NCBI GenBank assembly: GCA_050013255.1
Contig: JBEKFP010000001.1
Coordinates: 1,056,001 to 1,120,000 of the forward strand
Reading direction: 5' to 3'
Length of the DNA stretch: 64,000 nucleotides
Origin: Candidatus Bathyarchaeia archaeon
GTDB lineage: Archaea > Thermoproteota > Bathyarchaeia > 40CM-2-53-6
The position numbers were made by a program, and so were the translations under genes. Below are positions 21,100-31,427 of the stretch, piece after piece (the stretch's first letter is position 1; each line of letters opens with the position of its first letter). The notes under the pieces were generated by a model that was not told the DNA's origin, made no database searches, and was given only the letters and a program-made list of their open reading frames with translations.

Positions 21100-22476
21100 A
21101 TGACTCTGCGCGAAATCGCGAAAAAGATCAGAAGCGGTGAGACATCTCCATCAGAGATAGTGAGGCTGCTATTGGAGCAGATCCGGCGTACGGATGACAA
21201 GTTACAAGCATACATAACCGTGTGTGAGGAGAGCTCTCTGAAACTCGCCGAGGCTGCGGAGCTTCAGCTAAAGGCAGGCCATGACCTCGGAGTTCTGCAT
21301 GGAATCCCGGTCTCGATCAAGGATCTGTACGAGACCGAAGGAATTCGCACAACATGCGGCTCCAGACTAATGCAAGACTATGTCCCGAAGAAGGACTCTA
21401 CAGTCGTCGCGCGCTTGAAATCGAAAGGTGCGATAGTTCTAGGGAAACTGAACACGCACGAATTCGCCTTAGGAGCAATGAGTCCTCCAACGAAAAATCC
21501 TTGGGACCTCGGTCGCATCCCAGGAGGTTCAAGCGGCGGTTCTGCGGCAGCTTTGGCTATGGGGTCTGCAATCGCAACGACCGGCTCTGACACGGGTGGA
21601 TCCATCAGAATCCCGGCGTCATTCTGTGGAGTTGTCGGGTTGAAGCCAACTTACGGACGTGTTAGTCGCGCGGGCATATTTCCGGAAAGTTGGTCCCTTG
21701 ATCATGCAGGTCCGCTAACCAAGAGACTTGAGGATGCCGCCTTGCTTCTCAGGATAATGGCTGGAAGAGACGAGTTGGATCCAACTTCCTCAGACCTCCC
21801 GGTACCGGATTATGTCCAAGAACTGGAAACCAATATCGCAGGCCTAAGAGTAGGCGTGCCGACAAACCACTTCTTCGAACACTGCGATTGTGAGATTGCA
21901 AAGGCAGTTAATGCGGCGGTCGAAGTGCTGGAAGGATTGGGTTGCACTAAAGTAGAGTTCGAATTCCCAAGCATTTCCGAGATCATGGCCGCCTACACAA
22001 CAATCGACTTGTGCGAGGCAAGCGCCTATCACGAACGGGAAATCGAACAAAGGGCCGCCGACTTTCAACCGGATGTACGTCTCCTATTGGAACAAGGCCT
22101 TCTCATTCCTGCAAGCTATTACATCCAAGCTCAGAGAGTCAGAGCAATGCTTTTCGCGAAAGTGATGAGCCTGTTCGATCACCTGGATGTGATTGTCACG
22201 CCTTCCGTACCTATTGTATCGCCCCAGGTGAGTCAGACCATCGTAAGAATCGATGATTATGAGGAAAGCGTAGACAGTGCTGCAGTCCGCTACCTCGCGC
22301 CCTTCAACCTAACCGGATTGCCTGCGCTCTCGATTCCCTGTGGCTTCTCGAGCAAAGGCCTACCAATCGGAATGCAGATAGCGGGAAGGGCCTATGATGA
22401 AAGCACGATACTAAGACTCGGCCATGAATATGAAAATGCAACAGAATGGCACATGAGGCTACCTGAGACATCATAA
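21100..22476 (+). CDS. Amidase signature family enzyme
   Basis: SIKD, PGGSSGGSA, GSDTGGSIRIPASFCG. Confidence 0.93.
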   Translation: MTLREIAKKIRSGETSPSEIVRLLLEQIRRTDDKLQAYITVCEESSLKLAEAAELQLKAGHDLGVLHGIPVSIKDLYETEGIRTTCGSRLMQDYVPKKDSTVVARLKSKGAIVLGKLNTHEFALGAMSPPTKNPWDLGRIPGGSSGGSAAALAMGSAIATTGSDTGGSIRIPASFCGVVGLKPTYGRVSRAGIFPESWSLDHAGPLTKRLEDAALLLRIMAGRDELDPTSSDLPVPDYVQELETNIAGLRVGVPTNHFFEHCDCEIAKAVNAAVEVLEGLGCTKVEFEFPSISEIMAAYTTIDLCEASAYHEREIEQRAADFQPDVRLLLEQGLLIPASYYIQAQRVRAMLFAKVMSLFDHLDVIVTPSVPIVSPQVSQTIVRIDDYEESVDSAAVRYLAPFNLTGLPALSIPCGFSSKGLPIGMQIAGRAYDESTILRLGHEYENATEWHMRLPETS

Positions 22477-22616
22477 CCGAAGGGTAATGTCAACTTCATT
22501 CTCGAGTGTAATCGGATTGAACGGACAAAATTCGTCATTCTTCGACAATCGAAAATCCCGCTTGCCGTTCGGCGTGGCAGCCAAAGTATTAAATACTGTT
22601 CGATAAGACCAACAGC

Positions 22617-24233
22617 GTGAGCGTTTTGTCATCTAATCAAAGTTCAAAGAAAGGTGACTTGTATCTTCGACGCGCTAGCGGCCTGGTGAGAACTGCAGGT
22701 CCATGGTCTGGTCTCGCATTCAATGTCATTTGGACTGGAAATGCGGTCGGAATTATCGCGGCCTTCATATTGAACTCATACGTCTTCGTGGCACCTGGCC
22801 AGAACATAGTTGGGCTAATACTTGTTGCCACATTGCTTTCCACCCTGAATGCGGCAACTTACATGTTCTTCTCAATGGCCATGCCACGGTCTGGTGGCGA
22901 CTACCACTACATCGGGAGAACCCTACATCCAGCGCTAGGTTTCATGAGTAGTGTCAACTGGGCGTTGTGGCTTCCCCTCGTGTTGGGCTTCGGTGGCTCA
23001 GCATTTGTTCCAATCGCACTCAACTCAATCGTGAAATCTTGGGGAGTAGCCACCAACAACCCCGTTGCAATTGCTTTTGCAGATACATTGCTTCAACAGA
23101 ATTTCGTATTTCTGACCGGAGCGATTCTGATAATCTTCTTTACGGCGATTACGATTCTGGGCACGAAAGTCTACTTTACCATACAAAACATTTCCTTCAT
23201 GTTCATGATATTGGCTGTCTTAATCACAGTTGCCGCCTTTGTAGTGAATACTCCTAGTACCTTCGCTGCGGCAATAGACCGTTCACTCGGCCAGGGTACC
23301 TATAGCTCAACTATACAGACATTTCAAACGAACTACCCATCAATCAAGCGTCCACCGGTGATCGCGATTTTGAGCGGCATCGCCCTGTGGGCCGGAATTA
23401 ACACTTGGGCGATGGGCACTTCATTGATTGCCGGCGAGGTAAAGGAGGAGAGAAAACTGAAAACGTGGATGATCGCCAACATCTTGGGCACATTGGTCAC
23501 TGGCGGAATAATGGCTTTAACCGCTTATCTCTACTTGTCATCAGTAGGAGAGAAATTCGTCTACGCAATGTCTTACCTGAGCGGTTCCGCTGGCTACAAG
23601 CTGGTATTTCCGCCCTACTACTCCTCATTTATTCCATTTGCGTTCCCGAATGTCATAGTGTTCATCATATTCGGCCTAGGCTTCTTCCTTGGTGGCATCT
23701 TCTTTTTCCCACAGAACCAGATACTCGCAAGCAGAGTCATGCTTGCTTGGTCCTTCGACCGCCTCATGCCTGGACAACTTGGACAAGTAGACAAGAGGTT
23801 CCACGCGCCGATCGTGGCGACCGCGATCTGCGGCATTATCGCGCTCATCTCGCTGTGGGTCTACGTCTATACATCATACCTCGGCTTCTTCTCGCAGCTC
23901 TTCGCCGTCGCATTCAGTTTCCTTCTAACATCAATCGCGGCCATCGTCTTCCCATTCCGCAGGAAAGCTATGTTCGAATCATCCTCAGCCAACATCAAAA
24001 TCGCAGGCCTTCCTCTAATGAGCCTTGTCGGACTCGCAAACGCAATCTTTATGGCCATATTCATTTACCAAAACTGGACAGACAGCACGCTAGGCTCGAA
24101 CAACCCTGTATCACTCGCACTTATTCTCGGAATACTAGTTGTTTCCTTCGCCCTGTTCTTCATAATACGGGCGATCAGGAAACGCCAAGGCATCGACATA
24201 GATGCGCTATTCCGAGAAATCCCGCCTGAGTGA
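22617..24233 (+). CDS. APC superfamily amino-acid permease
   Basis: LRRASGLVR, AMPRSGGDY..R.L.P..GF, SR.MLAWSFDR, multiple TM helices, EIPPE C-terminus. Confidence 0.92.
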   Translation: MSVLSSNQSSKKGDLYLRRASGLVRTAGPWSGLAFNVIWTGNAVGIIAAFILNSYVFVAPGQNIVGLILVATLLSTLNAATYMFFSMAMPRSGGDYHYIGRTLHPALGFMSSVNWALWLPLVLGFGGSAFVPIALNSIVKSWGVATNNPVAIAFADTLLQQNFVFLTGAILIIFFTAITILGTKVYFTIQNISFMFMILAVLITVAAFVVNTPSTFAAAIDRSLGQGTYSSTIQTFQTNYPSIKRPPVIAILSGIALWAGINTWAMGTSLIAGEVKEERKLKTWMIANILGTLVTGGIMALTAYLYLSSVGEKFVYAMSYLSGSAGYKLVFPPYYSSFIPFAFPNVIVFIIFGLGFFLGGIFFFPQNQILASRVMLAWSFDRLMPGQLGQVDKRFHAPIVATAICGIIALISLWVYVYTSYLGFFSQLFAVAFSFLLTSIAAIVFPFRRKAMFESSSANIKIAGLPLMSLVGLANAIFMAIFIYQNWTDSTLGSNNPVSLALILGILVVSFALFFIIRAIRKRQGIDIDALFREIPPE

Positions 24234-24407
24234 CAGCTACTTCTTCCTCCACTTTTTCTCAAACCCGATTTTTACGGGACGATCGAAAACAGAACACGAT
24301 TGTGTGACGAAAAGGTGATTAGGGCACTGCAAATTCACGTCACGCAAGTAGGCTTTAGAGGAGTCTCATTCGACCTGCAATCTGCAACCACGAGAGACGT
24401 GAGGAGC

Positions 24408-25190
24408 TTGTCCGAGAAGGCGACCAACGACGACAAAGACCGAACATTCCTTGATGAGACTTCCAAGATTATCGAAGCGGCAGAGAATAATGATGTGCTC
24501 CTAAGGGTCATGGGCTCTATTGCGTTCAAGCTCCATTGCCCACAGTTCTCTTACATGAGCGACCAGATGAATCGAAAGCTCACTGATATCGACTTCGCCT
24601 CGTACAGTTCTGAGATGAATAGCGTGGATCAGCTTCTGCGAGACCTTGATTACACCACCCAATCCTACGTCCAGCTTGCAGCAGCGTCTGTGGGAAGGTC
24701 GATCTACTGGAAAAAAGACAATTCAGTCCACATCGATGTGTTTTGGGATAAGCTGCAGATGAATCATACCGTCAACTTCCGTGGTAGACTGGAAACGGAT
24801 GAGCCGACAATCCCGCTCCCAGAACTCCTACAAGAGAAGTTCCAGATAGTGAAGATCAACTGGAAGGACATAAAAGATGTCGTTATGCTCCTTCGCGAGC
24901 ATGATGTAGCAGAGAAAGATTCAGGACGCGAAGCCGTCGACCTCTCGATCATTAGCAAAGTGTTGTCGAATGACTGGGGGTACTACTACACGTTCACCCA
25001 AAACATTAAAGAAACTCAAACCCGAATCCAAGAACTCACAATGCTCTCTGAAAACGATAAGGCGACCGTAACTGCTAGGTTAACTAGGGTGCTTGAGACG
25101 ATCGAGAGCGCACGAAAGAGCGCCAAATGGACTTTGAGGTCTAAGATTGGAACCAAGCGTATCTGGTATACCGAGGTGGGTGAAGTATAA
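24408..25190 (+). CDS. Pol-beta-superfamily nucleotidyltransferase-like protein
   Basis: LRVMGS.A...R..TDIDF, third Asp in HIDVF, KD..D helix; TTG start 24408 after GTGAGGAG. Confidence 0.7.
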   Translation: MSEKATNDDKDRTFLDETSKIIEAAENNDVLLRVMGSIAFKLHCPQFSYMSDQMNRKLTDIDFASYSSEMNSVDQLLRDLDYTTQSYVQLAAASVGRSIYWKKDNSVHIDVFWDKLQMNHTVNFRGRLETDEPTIPLPELLQEKFQIVKINWKDIKDVVMLLREHDVAEKDSGREAVDLSIISKVLSNDWGYYYTFTQNIKETQTRIQELTMLSENDKATVTARLTRVLETIESARKSAKWTLRSKIGTKRIWYTEVGEV

Positions 25191-26140
25191 TGGCTTCAAC
25201 CAAGATTTTCTTCACCTCAGATGTGCATGGATCTGACCTTGTCTTCAAGAAATTTCTAAACGCGGGCAAAGCGTACAAGGCAAGCTACCTCATTCTTGGA
25301 GGAGATATTACAGGCAAAGGCCTTGTGCTCGTCTCGAAGGACGCAAATGGCTACAAGGCGAATTTCCTTGGAAAGGACGTCATGGCGACGAACGAAGCTG
25401 ATTTTGAGCGACTTAAAGGGCAAATCGTGAAGAACGGTTTCTACGTATACGTGGGCGACCCGAGCACCATAAGTGAAATGAGAGAGTCCACTGACAAGTC
25501 GGAAAAAGTTCTGATGGAATGCATGAAGGAAAGGCTCGAGTTTTGGCTGAACCTTGCAGAAGAACGGCTAAAGGGAACTGGCATTGAGTGTTACATCTCC
25601 CCCGGCAATGACGATGGGTACGAAATCGATTCAATCCTGAACTCGAGCAGCATCGTTGTCAATCCAGAGGAAAAAGTAGTCTCGCTGGCGGGGGATTACG
25701 AGATGATAACAATGGGGAAAGTCAACATGACCCCTTGGAAATGCCCACGCGACGTGACTGAGGAAGAGGTTGAGAACACGCTCGAGCACATGGTATCTCA
25801 GGTCCATGATTTTGGCAAGGCTATCTTCAACCTCCACGTACCACCCTATGACACTCTGCTCGATATCGCACCAGAACTTGACAGCGAACTAAGAGTTGTG
25901 AACCGCGGGGGGCAACCGAGTATGGTGCATGTGGGTTCTGCTTCAGTTAGGCGAGCAATAGAGAAGTATCAACCGATGCTCGGGTTACATGGGCACATAC
26001 ATGAATCAAAAGGAGTCGAGAAGATCGGGCAGTCCCTCTGTCTCAACCCCGGAAGCGAATACCAGGAAGGAATCCTGAGGGGCGCACTAATCACTCTCGA
26101 TTCGGGCAAGCTAAAGAACTATCTGCTGACATCGGCATAG
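25190..26140 (+). CDS. Calcineurin-like metallophosphoesterase
   Basis: SDVHG, GGDI, PGNDD, HVPP, HGHIHE, NPGS; TAATG overlap with the upstream gene. Confidence 0.9.
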   Translation: MASTKIFFTSDVHGSDLVFKKFLNAGKAYKASYLILGGDITGKGLVLVSKDANGYKANFLGKDVMATNEADFERLKGQIVKNGFYVYVGDPSTISEMRESTDKSEKVLMECMKERLEFWLNLAEERLKGTGIECYISPGNDDGYEIDSILNSSSIVVNPEEKVVSLAGDYEMITMGKVNMTPWKCPRDVTEEEVENTLEHMVSQVHDFGKAIFNLHVPPYDTLLDIAPELDSELRVVNRGGQPSMVHVGSASVRRAIEKYQPMLGLHGHIHESKGVEKIGQSLCLNPGSEYQEGILRGALITLDSGKLKNYLLTSA

Positions 26141-26186
26141 ACCCGGCTGTAACTGTGCAATCGCTTCAGATACAAGCGCGACACTT

Positions 26187-26456
26187 TTGCCTTCATTAGG
26201 TCATAAGAAAATGAACGTTGCAGGTCAACGGCTTGGAGTTAGACGTTTATCGGTGGTAGACACCCATACCGTGGGAGAACCCACGAGTGTTGTGACCGGA
26301 TTTCCATTGGTTCGCGGAGGGTCCCTGACAGAAATCAAGAATGACATGCAGGAAAACCATTATTGGTTGAGGCGCTTCATCCTTCACGGAAGTGTGCTCT
26401 TCGACAGCACAGAGCCCCACTTGTCCCAGTGTCGATCTTTTTCGATTCTGATATAG
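26187..26456 (+). pseudogene. Proline racemase family N-terminal remnant
   Basis: SVVDTHTVGEPTSVVTGFP...KNDMQENHYWLRRFIL, similar to the N-terminus of 26661-27653; homology ends about 26387. Confidence 0.8.
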
Positions 26457-26660
26457 TTTCGTTTCATCGCGATTGTACCATTAGCCATTAGCAAAGGGGT
26501 AACGCAACGTGAGAGCTTCTCCCACATGATGGACCATTTGCATAACACTCGCGAGGTTAGGCGAAAGATTCCTTAGCTAAATTCCTCTTTTCTCTCATGC
26601 TTGGCTCGCAATTGTCCAATAACTTAACTTCAGAAAACCTTGCTCACATTCCTGTTATGT

Positions 26661-27653
26661 TCATTCAAGCAAGAAGCCGTTTACTAACGGGTCATTCTCA
26701 TCAAAAACGAGTTTGTTGAAACCTGTGATGTAGGCAGAGCCCGTGATTTCTGGAACAATCGCGTCATAATCACCTACCCTCGTTTCGCTGATAATTCTGC
26801 CTTTGAACTTAGTTCGGAGTATGCTTTCATGAACGAATGCGTCCCCGACTCGAAGCTCCCCTTCTGAATGAAGCAACGCCATTTTAGCACAGGTTCCTGT
26901 TCCGCATGGTGATCGGTCCAATTGCCCTCGTCCGAAAACAACAGCATTTTGTGCATGCGCGTCCTTGCTCTTAGGAGGGCCCGCGAATTCTACGAGTTCC
27001 ACCCGATTGATGTGTGGAAGGTTTGGATGGACGACCTTCTCTTGAGCATTCACGATCTTCTTGATTTCTATGCCCAAATCAATTAGAACGGTTTTGTTCC
27101 AAGGCTCCAAATCAACACCAAGTTCCTTTGCCTTCACATGCGCGAAAAAGTCTCCGCCGAAGAGCAGATCCACACTGATCAATTTGCGTCCCAGTGTTAC
27201 GTTTACGGTTCGAAGTCTGAATGCGGGAACGTTTTCGAAACTTACTGTTTGGACGCCGTTCCCTTGGTACCGCACTCTTGTCTTCACGACACCTGCTGAA
27301 GTGTCAATCAAGATTTCCTCTTTGGGTTCAATGATTTTCGTTTGGACAGCATAGGTGACAACACCTATCAGGCCATGCCCGCACATGTCCAGATAGCCTC
27401 CATTGTGCATCCAAAAGGCCCCAAGATCGCACCCTTTCCGTTTTGGAGGGCAAAGAATGGCTCCGAACATGTCGCTGTGCCCCCTTGGTTCTTCCAGTAC
27501 GAAGCGCCTAAACCAATCATGATTTGTTTGCATGTCGTCCTTGAGTTGCGCAATCGTTTCGCCACGGAGCGGGAAATCCGTCACGATCCGGGTAGGTTCC
27601 CCAGCAGTGTGCGTATCCACGACAGAATATTCGCGTTGGGACAAAAGCATCAA
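26661..27653 (-). CDS. Proline racemase (Cys/Cys type; possibly also hydroxyproline epimerase)
   Basis: EPRGHSDMFG, MCGH, DRSPCGTG. Confidence 0.92.
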   Translation of the reverse strand: MMLLSQREYSVVDTHTAGEPTRIVTDFPLRGETIAQLKDDMQTNHDWFRRFVLEEPRGHSDMFGAILCPPKRKGCDLGAFWMHNGGYLDMCGHGLIGVVTYAVQTKIIEPKEEILIDTSAGVVKTRVRYQGNGVQTVSFENVPAFRLRTVNVTLGRKLISVDLLFGGDFFAHVKAKELGVDLEPWNKTVLIDLGIEIKKIVNAQEKVVHPNLPHINRVELVEFAGPPKSKDAHAQNAVVFGRGQLDRSPCGTGTCAKMALLHSEGELRVGDAFVHESILRTKFKGRIISETRVGDYDAIVPEITGSAYITGFNKLVFDENDPLVNGFLLE

Positions 27654-28074
27654 GACACCTAATCGTTTACCTTCCTGAAAATCCTTGCGTCAACTCATTT
27701 TTCGGACGTGTCGGATTTCCTGCCCTGGACCACCAGTCTATCAGAATTCTATGCTGCGGTCGTGGAAAGAGGGATATCTACTAATCTTGCACCTCTAATC
27801 GGGCATTCTTGTGATTATTCTCATCATTGGGTTCATGTTCATATTGGGACTTAGGCTCCTCATTCAGACTGTATCTCTTCCGCTGATCCATTAGTTATTA
27901 GCAACCGACCTCCTGCTCTGCTGAGGCACCGGTCGAGGGTGATCTCGCTTACCGAGCCGAATCAAGACTGGAAGTCAGTTTTCTTCTGAGCCTCCTTAGC
28001 GGATGGCTGGCCAGCTCTTTCTTTTCTTTCTCACGCTGGGTTCTGCGGTTGGGATTGCTATCTTCGTCTAATAA

Positions 28075-29391
28075 TTAGTGGCGAGTTTGGACGTATTGTT
28101 CCACAGTAGACAGCAACTTCCGTATGTCCTCTACTGAATGCGCATAAGAGATTGCGCCGTGCAGCATTTCAGGTATGAGTACCAAGATGCCATTAGCAAG
28201 GAGGTGATTGAACAAGGTCTTTGATTGTTGATGGTCGCTCATAGCATGGCCGGTTACGTCTCGTAGAGGTTTCTTATTGATCATGTGTATAGAGACGAGG
28301 GAGCCGACGCCTGCTGCCTGTGCTGGGAATGCGTTCTTTTCGAAGATTGCGTTGAGGCCGTCTCGGGACATCTTCCCTAGTTCGTCAATATGGTCATGGA
28401 CTGGCTGATGTTCGAGCACATTAATAGTAGCGAGGCCTGCGGCTAAGCTGAGTGCGTTTCCCGCGAATGTTCCGCCATGATAAGCGTAATCCAAACCTGA
28501 ATACTTCAGGTGATCCATATGCTCCATAACGTCACGCCTTCCACAAACGGCGCCAATGGGAAGACCACCGCCGATGATCTTACCGAGAACCGTCAAATCC
28601 GGCATCACACCAAGAAAGCCCTGCGCTCCACTTAGACCAAGGCGGAAGCCAGTGACTACCTCATCATAGATTAGAAGAGTTCTAGTTCGGTCACAGTATC
28701 CTCTCAATGCCTTGAGGAAATCCATTTCAGCCGAAATGCCCCCTCCAGCTGACAAGACTGGCTCAAGAAGCACGCACGCTAGCTGTTCATCTCTGACGCG
28801 GTTCTTGAAACCTTCAAAATCATTGTACGGCACGACAACAGTATCTCGTTGCGAACCTTGCGTGATTCCTCCAGAAGGTGGTTGACCGTACGGAGGCTTT
28901 GTGGCCAAATGCAATGGGTCGTATGCGCCGTGCCACCCTCCTTCAAACTTTGCAATCTTAGAGCGCTTCGTGAAAGTTCTGGCAAGCCGGATGGCGAAGA
29001 GGTTCGCCTCGCTCCCGGAGCTTGTGTAGCGAACGAGCTCCGCGCTGGGCACGTGTTTTGTTATAGTTTCAGAAAGCGTAACTTCCAGTTCGTGGGCTAC
29101 ACCGAAGTGCCAACCCTTCTCAGCCTGCGCTTTGATGGCTTCCATGACAGTTGGATATGCGTGTCCGAGTATCATCGCGAAATGCGTACACCAGTAATCA
29201 GTGTATGTGTTGCCGTCGATGTCAACGAGTTTAGCCCCTCTGGCTTCCTTGGCGAAGAAGGGGTATGGTTCGAACCACCTAATGCCGTATGAGACGCCAG
29301 CCGGTTCAACTTTTTTGGCGCGTTCAAACATTGCGTGGGATTTCGGAGTTCGCGAAGCATATTCCGACTCTTTCAAAACTACGCTGTCCAA
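28075..29391 (-). CDS. Class III PLP aminotransferase, GSA-aminomutase (HemL)-like
   Basis: DIDGN.Y.DY, SGSEA, FEGGWHG, DEVVTGFR, GKIIGGGLP, GTFAGN. Confidence 0.88.
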   Translation of the reverse strand: MDSVVLKESEYASRTPKSHAMFERAKKVEPAGVSYGIRWFEPYPFFAKEARGAKLVDIDGNTYTDYWCTHFAMILGHAYPTVMEAIKAQAEKGWHFGVAHELEVTLSETITKHVPSAELVRYTSSGSEANLFAIRLARTFTKRSKIAKFEGGWHGAYDPLHLATKPPYGQPPSGGITQGSQRDTVVVPYNDFEGFKNRVRDEQLACVLLEPVLSAGGGISAEMDFLKALRGYCDRTRTLLIYDEVVTGFRLGLSGAQGFLGVMPDLTVLGKIIGGGLPIGAVCGRRDVMEHMDHLKYSGLDYAYHGGTFAGNALSLAAGLATINVLEHQPVHDHIDELGKMSRDGLNAIFEKNAFPAQAAGVGSLVSIHMINKKPLRDVTGHAMSDHQQSKTLFNHLLANGILVLIPEMLHGAISYAHSVEDIRKLLSTVEQYVQTRH

Positions 29392-29714
29392 GCTTACGGC
29401 ACGAAAATGCTGTTTGAAAGGTAGCTAATTTCAGCTTTTCCCTCTGGAGTGGCCATAATGGGCGTGGCTGATGAAGAGGTGCGGAATCATCGGATCGCCC
29501 TCTACGGGGTCGAACAGGACCTAAGAGGACTGGGGGATGATTATGACAAGCGGGGCGAGCTCATTCGTGACAAGCTGTATGCTCTTGCCGGCGACCCACA
29601 CAATCCAGCAATTTCACCAATACGCGAAAGATTTGATTAGAGGTATCGCTTTAAAACTTGAACACACAACACTGATCGAGGGTAGAGCCGAAACGGTCCC
29701 AAGGTGACAGAGCC

Positions 29715-30152
29715 TTGACGAGAACACATGAAGCATTGAAGAGTGACCATCTCAATTTGCTGATTAATGGCACCTGGGTTGAGTCTCAATCTGAGGAGCT
29801 CCTCCCTGTGATGGATCCGGGGAGGGGAGAGGAGATTTGCAAAGTTCCCCTCGCTTTGGGAGAAGAGATTGACGCCGCCGCTATTTCATCTCAGAATGCG
29901 TTCGAGAAGTGGAGACTGGTTCCCCTTACAGAACGCATGCAATACTTGTTCAAGATGAAATATGTTTTCGAAGAGCGCTTCGAAGAACTGGCTCGAATCA
30001 ACACTCGGAATCATGGAAAGACGATTAAAGAGAGCAGAGGCGACGTAAGGCGCACCATTGAGAACGTTGAAGCTGCGATCGCCGCGGGTTACACTCTACT
30101 GAAGGGTGAACATCTAGATCAGATCGCTCAGGACATCGACGAAGGAACCGTG
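29715..30152 (+). pseudogene. Methylmalonate-semialdehyde/aldehyde dehydrogenase N-terminal remnant
   Basis: INGTWVES..V.DP..GE..AF.KW..R...HGKT..ESRGDVRRTIENVE..GE.LDQIAQDID, then loss of homology; catalytic domain absent. Confidence 0.8.
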
Positions 30153-30229
30153 AACACCAACATCAAGCATGAATTTCGGTCCATTGCAACGAGGCGGGAT
30201 GTCTTAGATCGGCAAGAGTTGGATTTCAG

Positions 30230-31312
30230 TCAAACTGTATACCGTACGAACTCGTTCTCGCAGGGATTACCATGGGATATCCAGGCCTCCCTTTTCTCAG
30301 GGATGTATATCATGCCATCAAGAGTTCTGCTATGATGGGCCTTGGGTTTCGCAGGGTTTACGTGCGCGCATATCATGTTAGGTCTGTTTGCATGATCTCT
30401 GAGGAACTCTTGAAAGGTGTTCAGGTTGAGTTTCCCTTCGTTACTTTGTAGGAGTTCCAACATCCTATCGCATCTTGCTTCGCTGTTCACGCGAGAATCA
30501 CCACTCTTTGGATCAGTGAAACCCTCGGTTCCGTAAACGTAATGATTAGCGTGATGTAGGAAAACGTTGGACCTCGTTGCCGTTACTTTGAGCGGATTAG
30601 CCTCAACGTCAACTATGCCCTTATTGTCCCCAAGCATGAAGTTCAGAGCGTATGCTCTGTCGGCCCTTTCGATTGCGGCGACTGCCCCATCAAGGTCCTT
30701 CTGGTTAAGCACCTCTCTAACAATACAAAGCATAGGAACTCCCACCTTCGTCTTCTCGAAACCTAACGCGTTAATGCACACGCTCAGTCCGCTAGAGTTC
30801 ATGCCCATCATGGCCGGAGCGCCAGCGTAGCTATAGATCAACGCGTCGGGGCCATCTTTCTGCACATACTTGGTGAGCGTAACGCAGTCACCGTCTAGCC
30901 ATGGATCTATTCCTTCATCGTTGTTCTGCCCAACGTATGTTAATCCATCTGAAGTGGCCTTGTCTCTTGCGGCAAAAGACGTACACGCCTTGCTCAGTTT
31001 CGGGTAAAAGACCTCGTTAAACGCGGCAACCAGTAAGACTTCATTAGGTTGAATATCGGCTCCATCAGCCGTGCCCCTAATTTCTTCAGCAATTTCCTCC
31101 GAGTAGTCTCGGATAGGTCTCTCATACTGTGAAGCTTCTCGCAGGGCGTCTTCTCTGGAAGTTTGCAGATAGCGAACATAGAAGTCGTAGTGCGAATCAA
31201 TTAAACGCCTAATTAGAGGCTTGTAGCGAACGCCGTACGCGTACCCTCTCTCAAAAGCGCTTCCCCGCGCCTCGAGTACGTCCAACGTGTTGACGCTCAG
31301 TAGTTTTGCCAT
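30230..31312 (-). CDS. C45 family Ntn-hydrolase/acyltransferase
   Basis: GSAFERG..YG, ACTSFA nucleophile Cys, GQNND, GMNSSGL..N, HANHY, GNPC. Confidence 0.88.
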   Translation of the reverse strand: MAKLLSVNTLDVLEARGSAFERGYAYGVRYKPLIRRLIDSHYDFYVRYLQTSREDALREASQYERPIRDYSEEIAEEIRGTADGADIQPNEVLLVAAFNEVFYPKLSKACTSFAARDKATSDGLTYVGQNNDEGIDPWLDGDCVTLTKYVQKDGPDALIYSYAGAPAMMGMNSSGLSVCINALGFEKTKVGVPMLCIVREVLNQKDLDGAVAAIERADRAYALNFMLGDNKGIVDVEANPLKVTATRSNVFLHHANHYVYGTEGFTDPKSGDSRVNSEARCDRMLELLQSNEGKLNLNTFQEFLRDHANRPNMICAHVNPAKPKAHHSRTLDGMIYIPEKREAWISHGNPCENEFVRYTV

Positions 31313-31427
31313 GACAACCAGACACGACCTGACCTCTTGGGACCCTATACGCATTTACACCGACTATCGGCAGCGACACTATGCTGCTTGCCCTTCATCT
31401 GCTTTCCTAGCGGGGTCGTCGATCCGG

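Noticed and set aside
21100-22476. Annotation as gatA
   Set aside because: No gatB, non-GatA motif and catabolic context; left as amidase.
23405-24229. 274-aa alternative-frame ORF inside the APC permease
   Set aside because: Arg/His/Pro-rich shadow ORF caused by codon bias of a hydrophobic gene; no motif.
24408-25190. Type IV/VII toxin-antitoxin or CBASS-type defence call for the NTase
   Set aside because: No HEPN, AbiEi or effector neighbour; flanked by metabolic genes.
28075-29391. Annotation as hemL
   Set aside because: No heme pathway context; family-level call only.
29449-29640. 63-aa ORF
   Set aside because: No recognisable motif; may be a fragment but cannot be supported.
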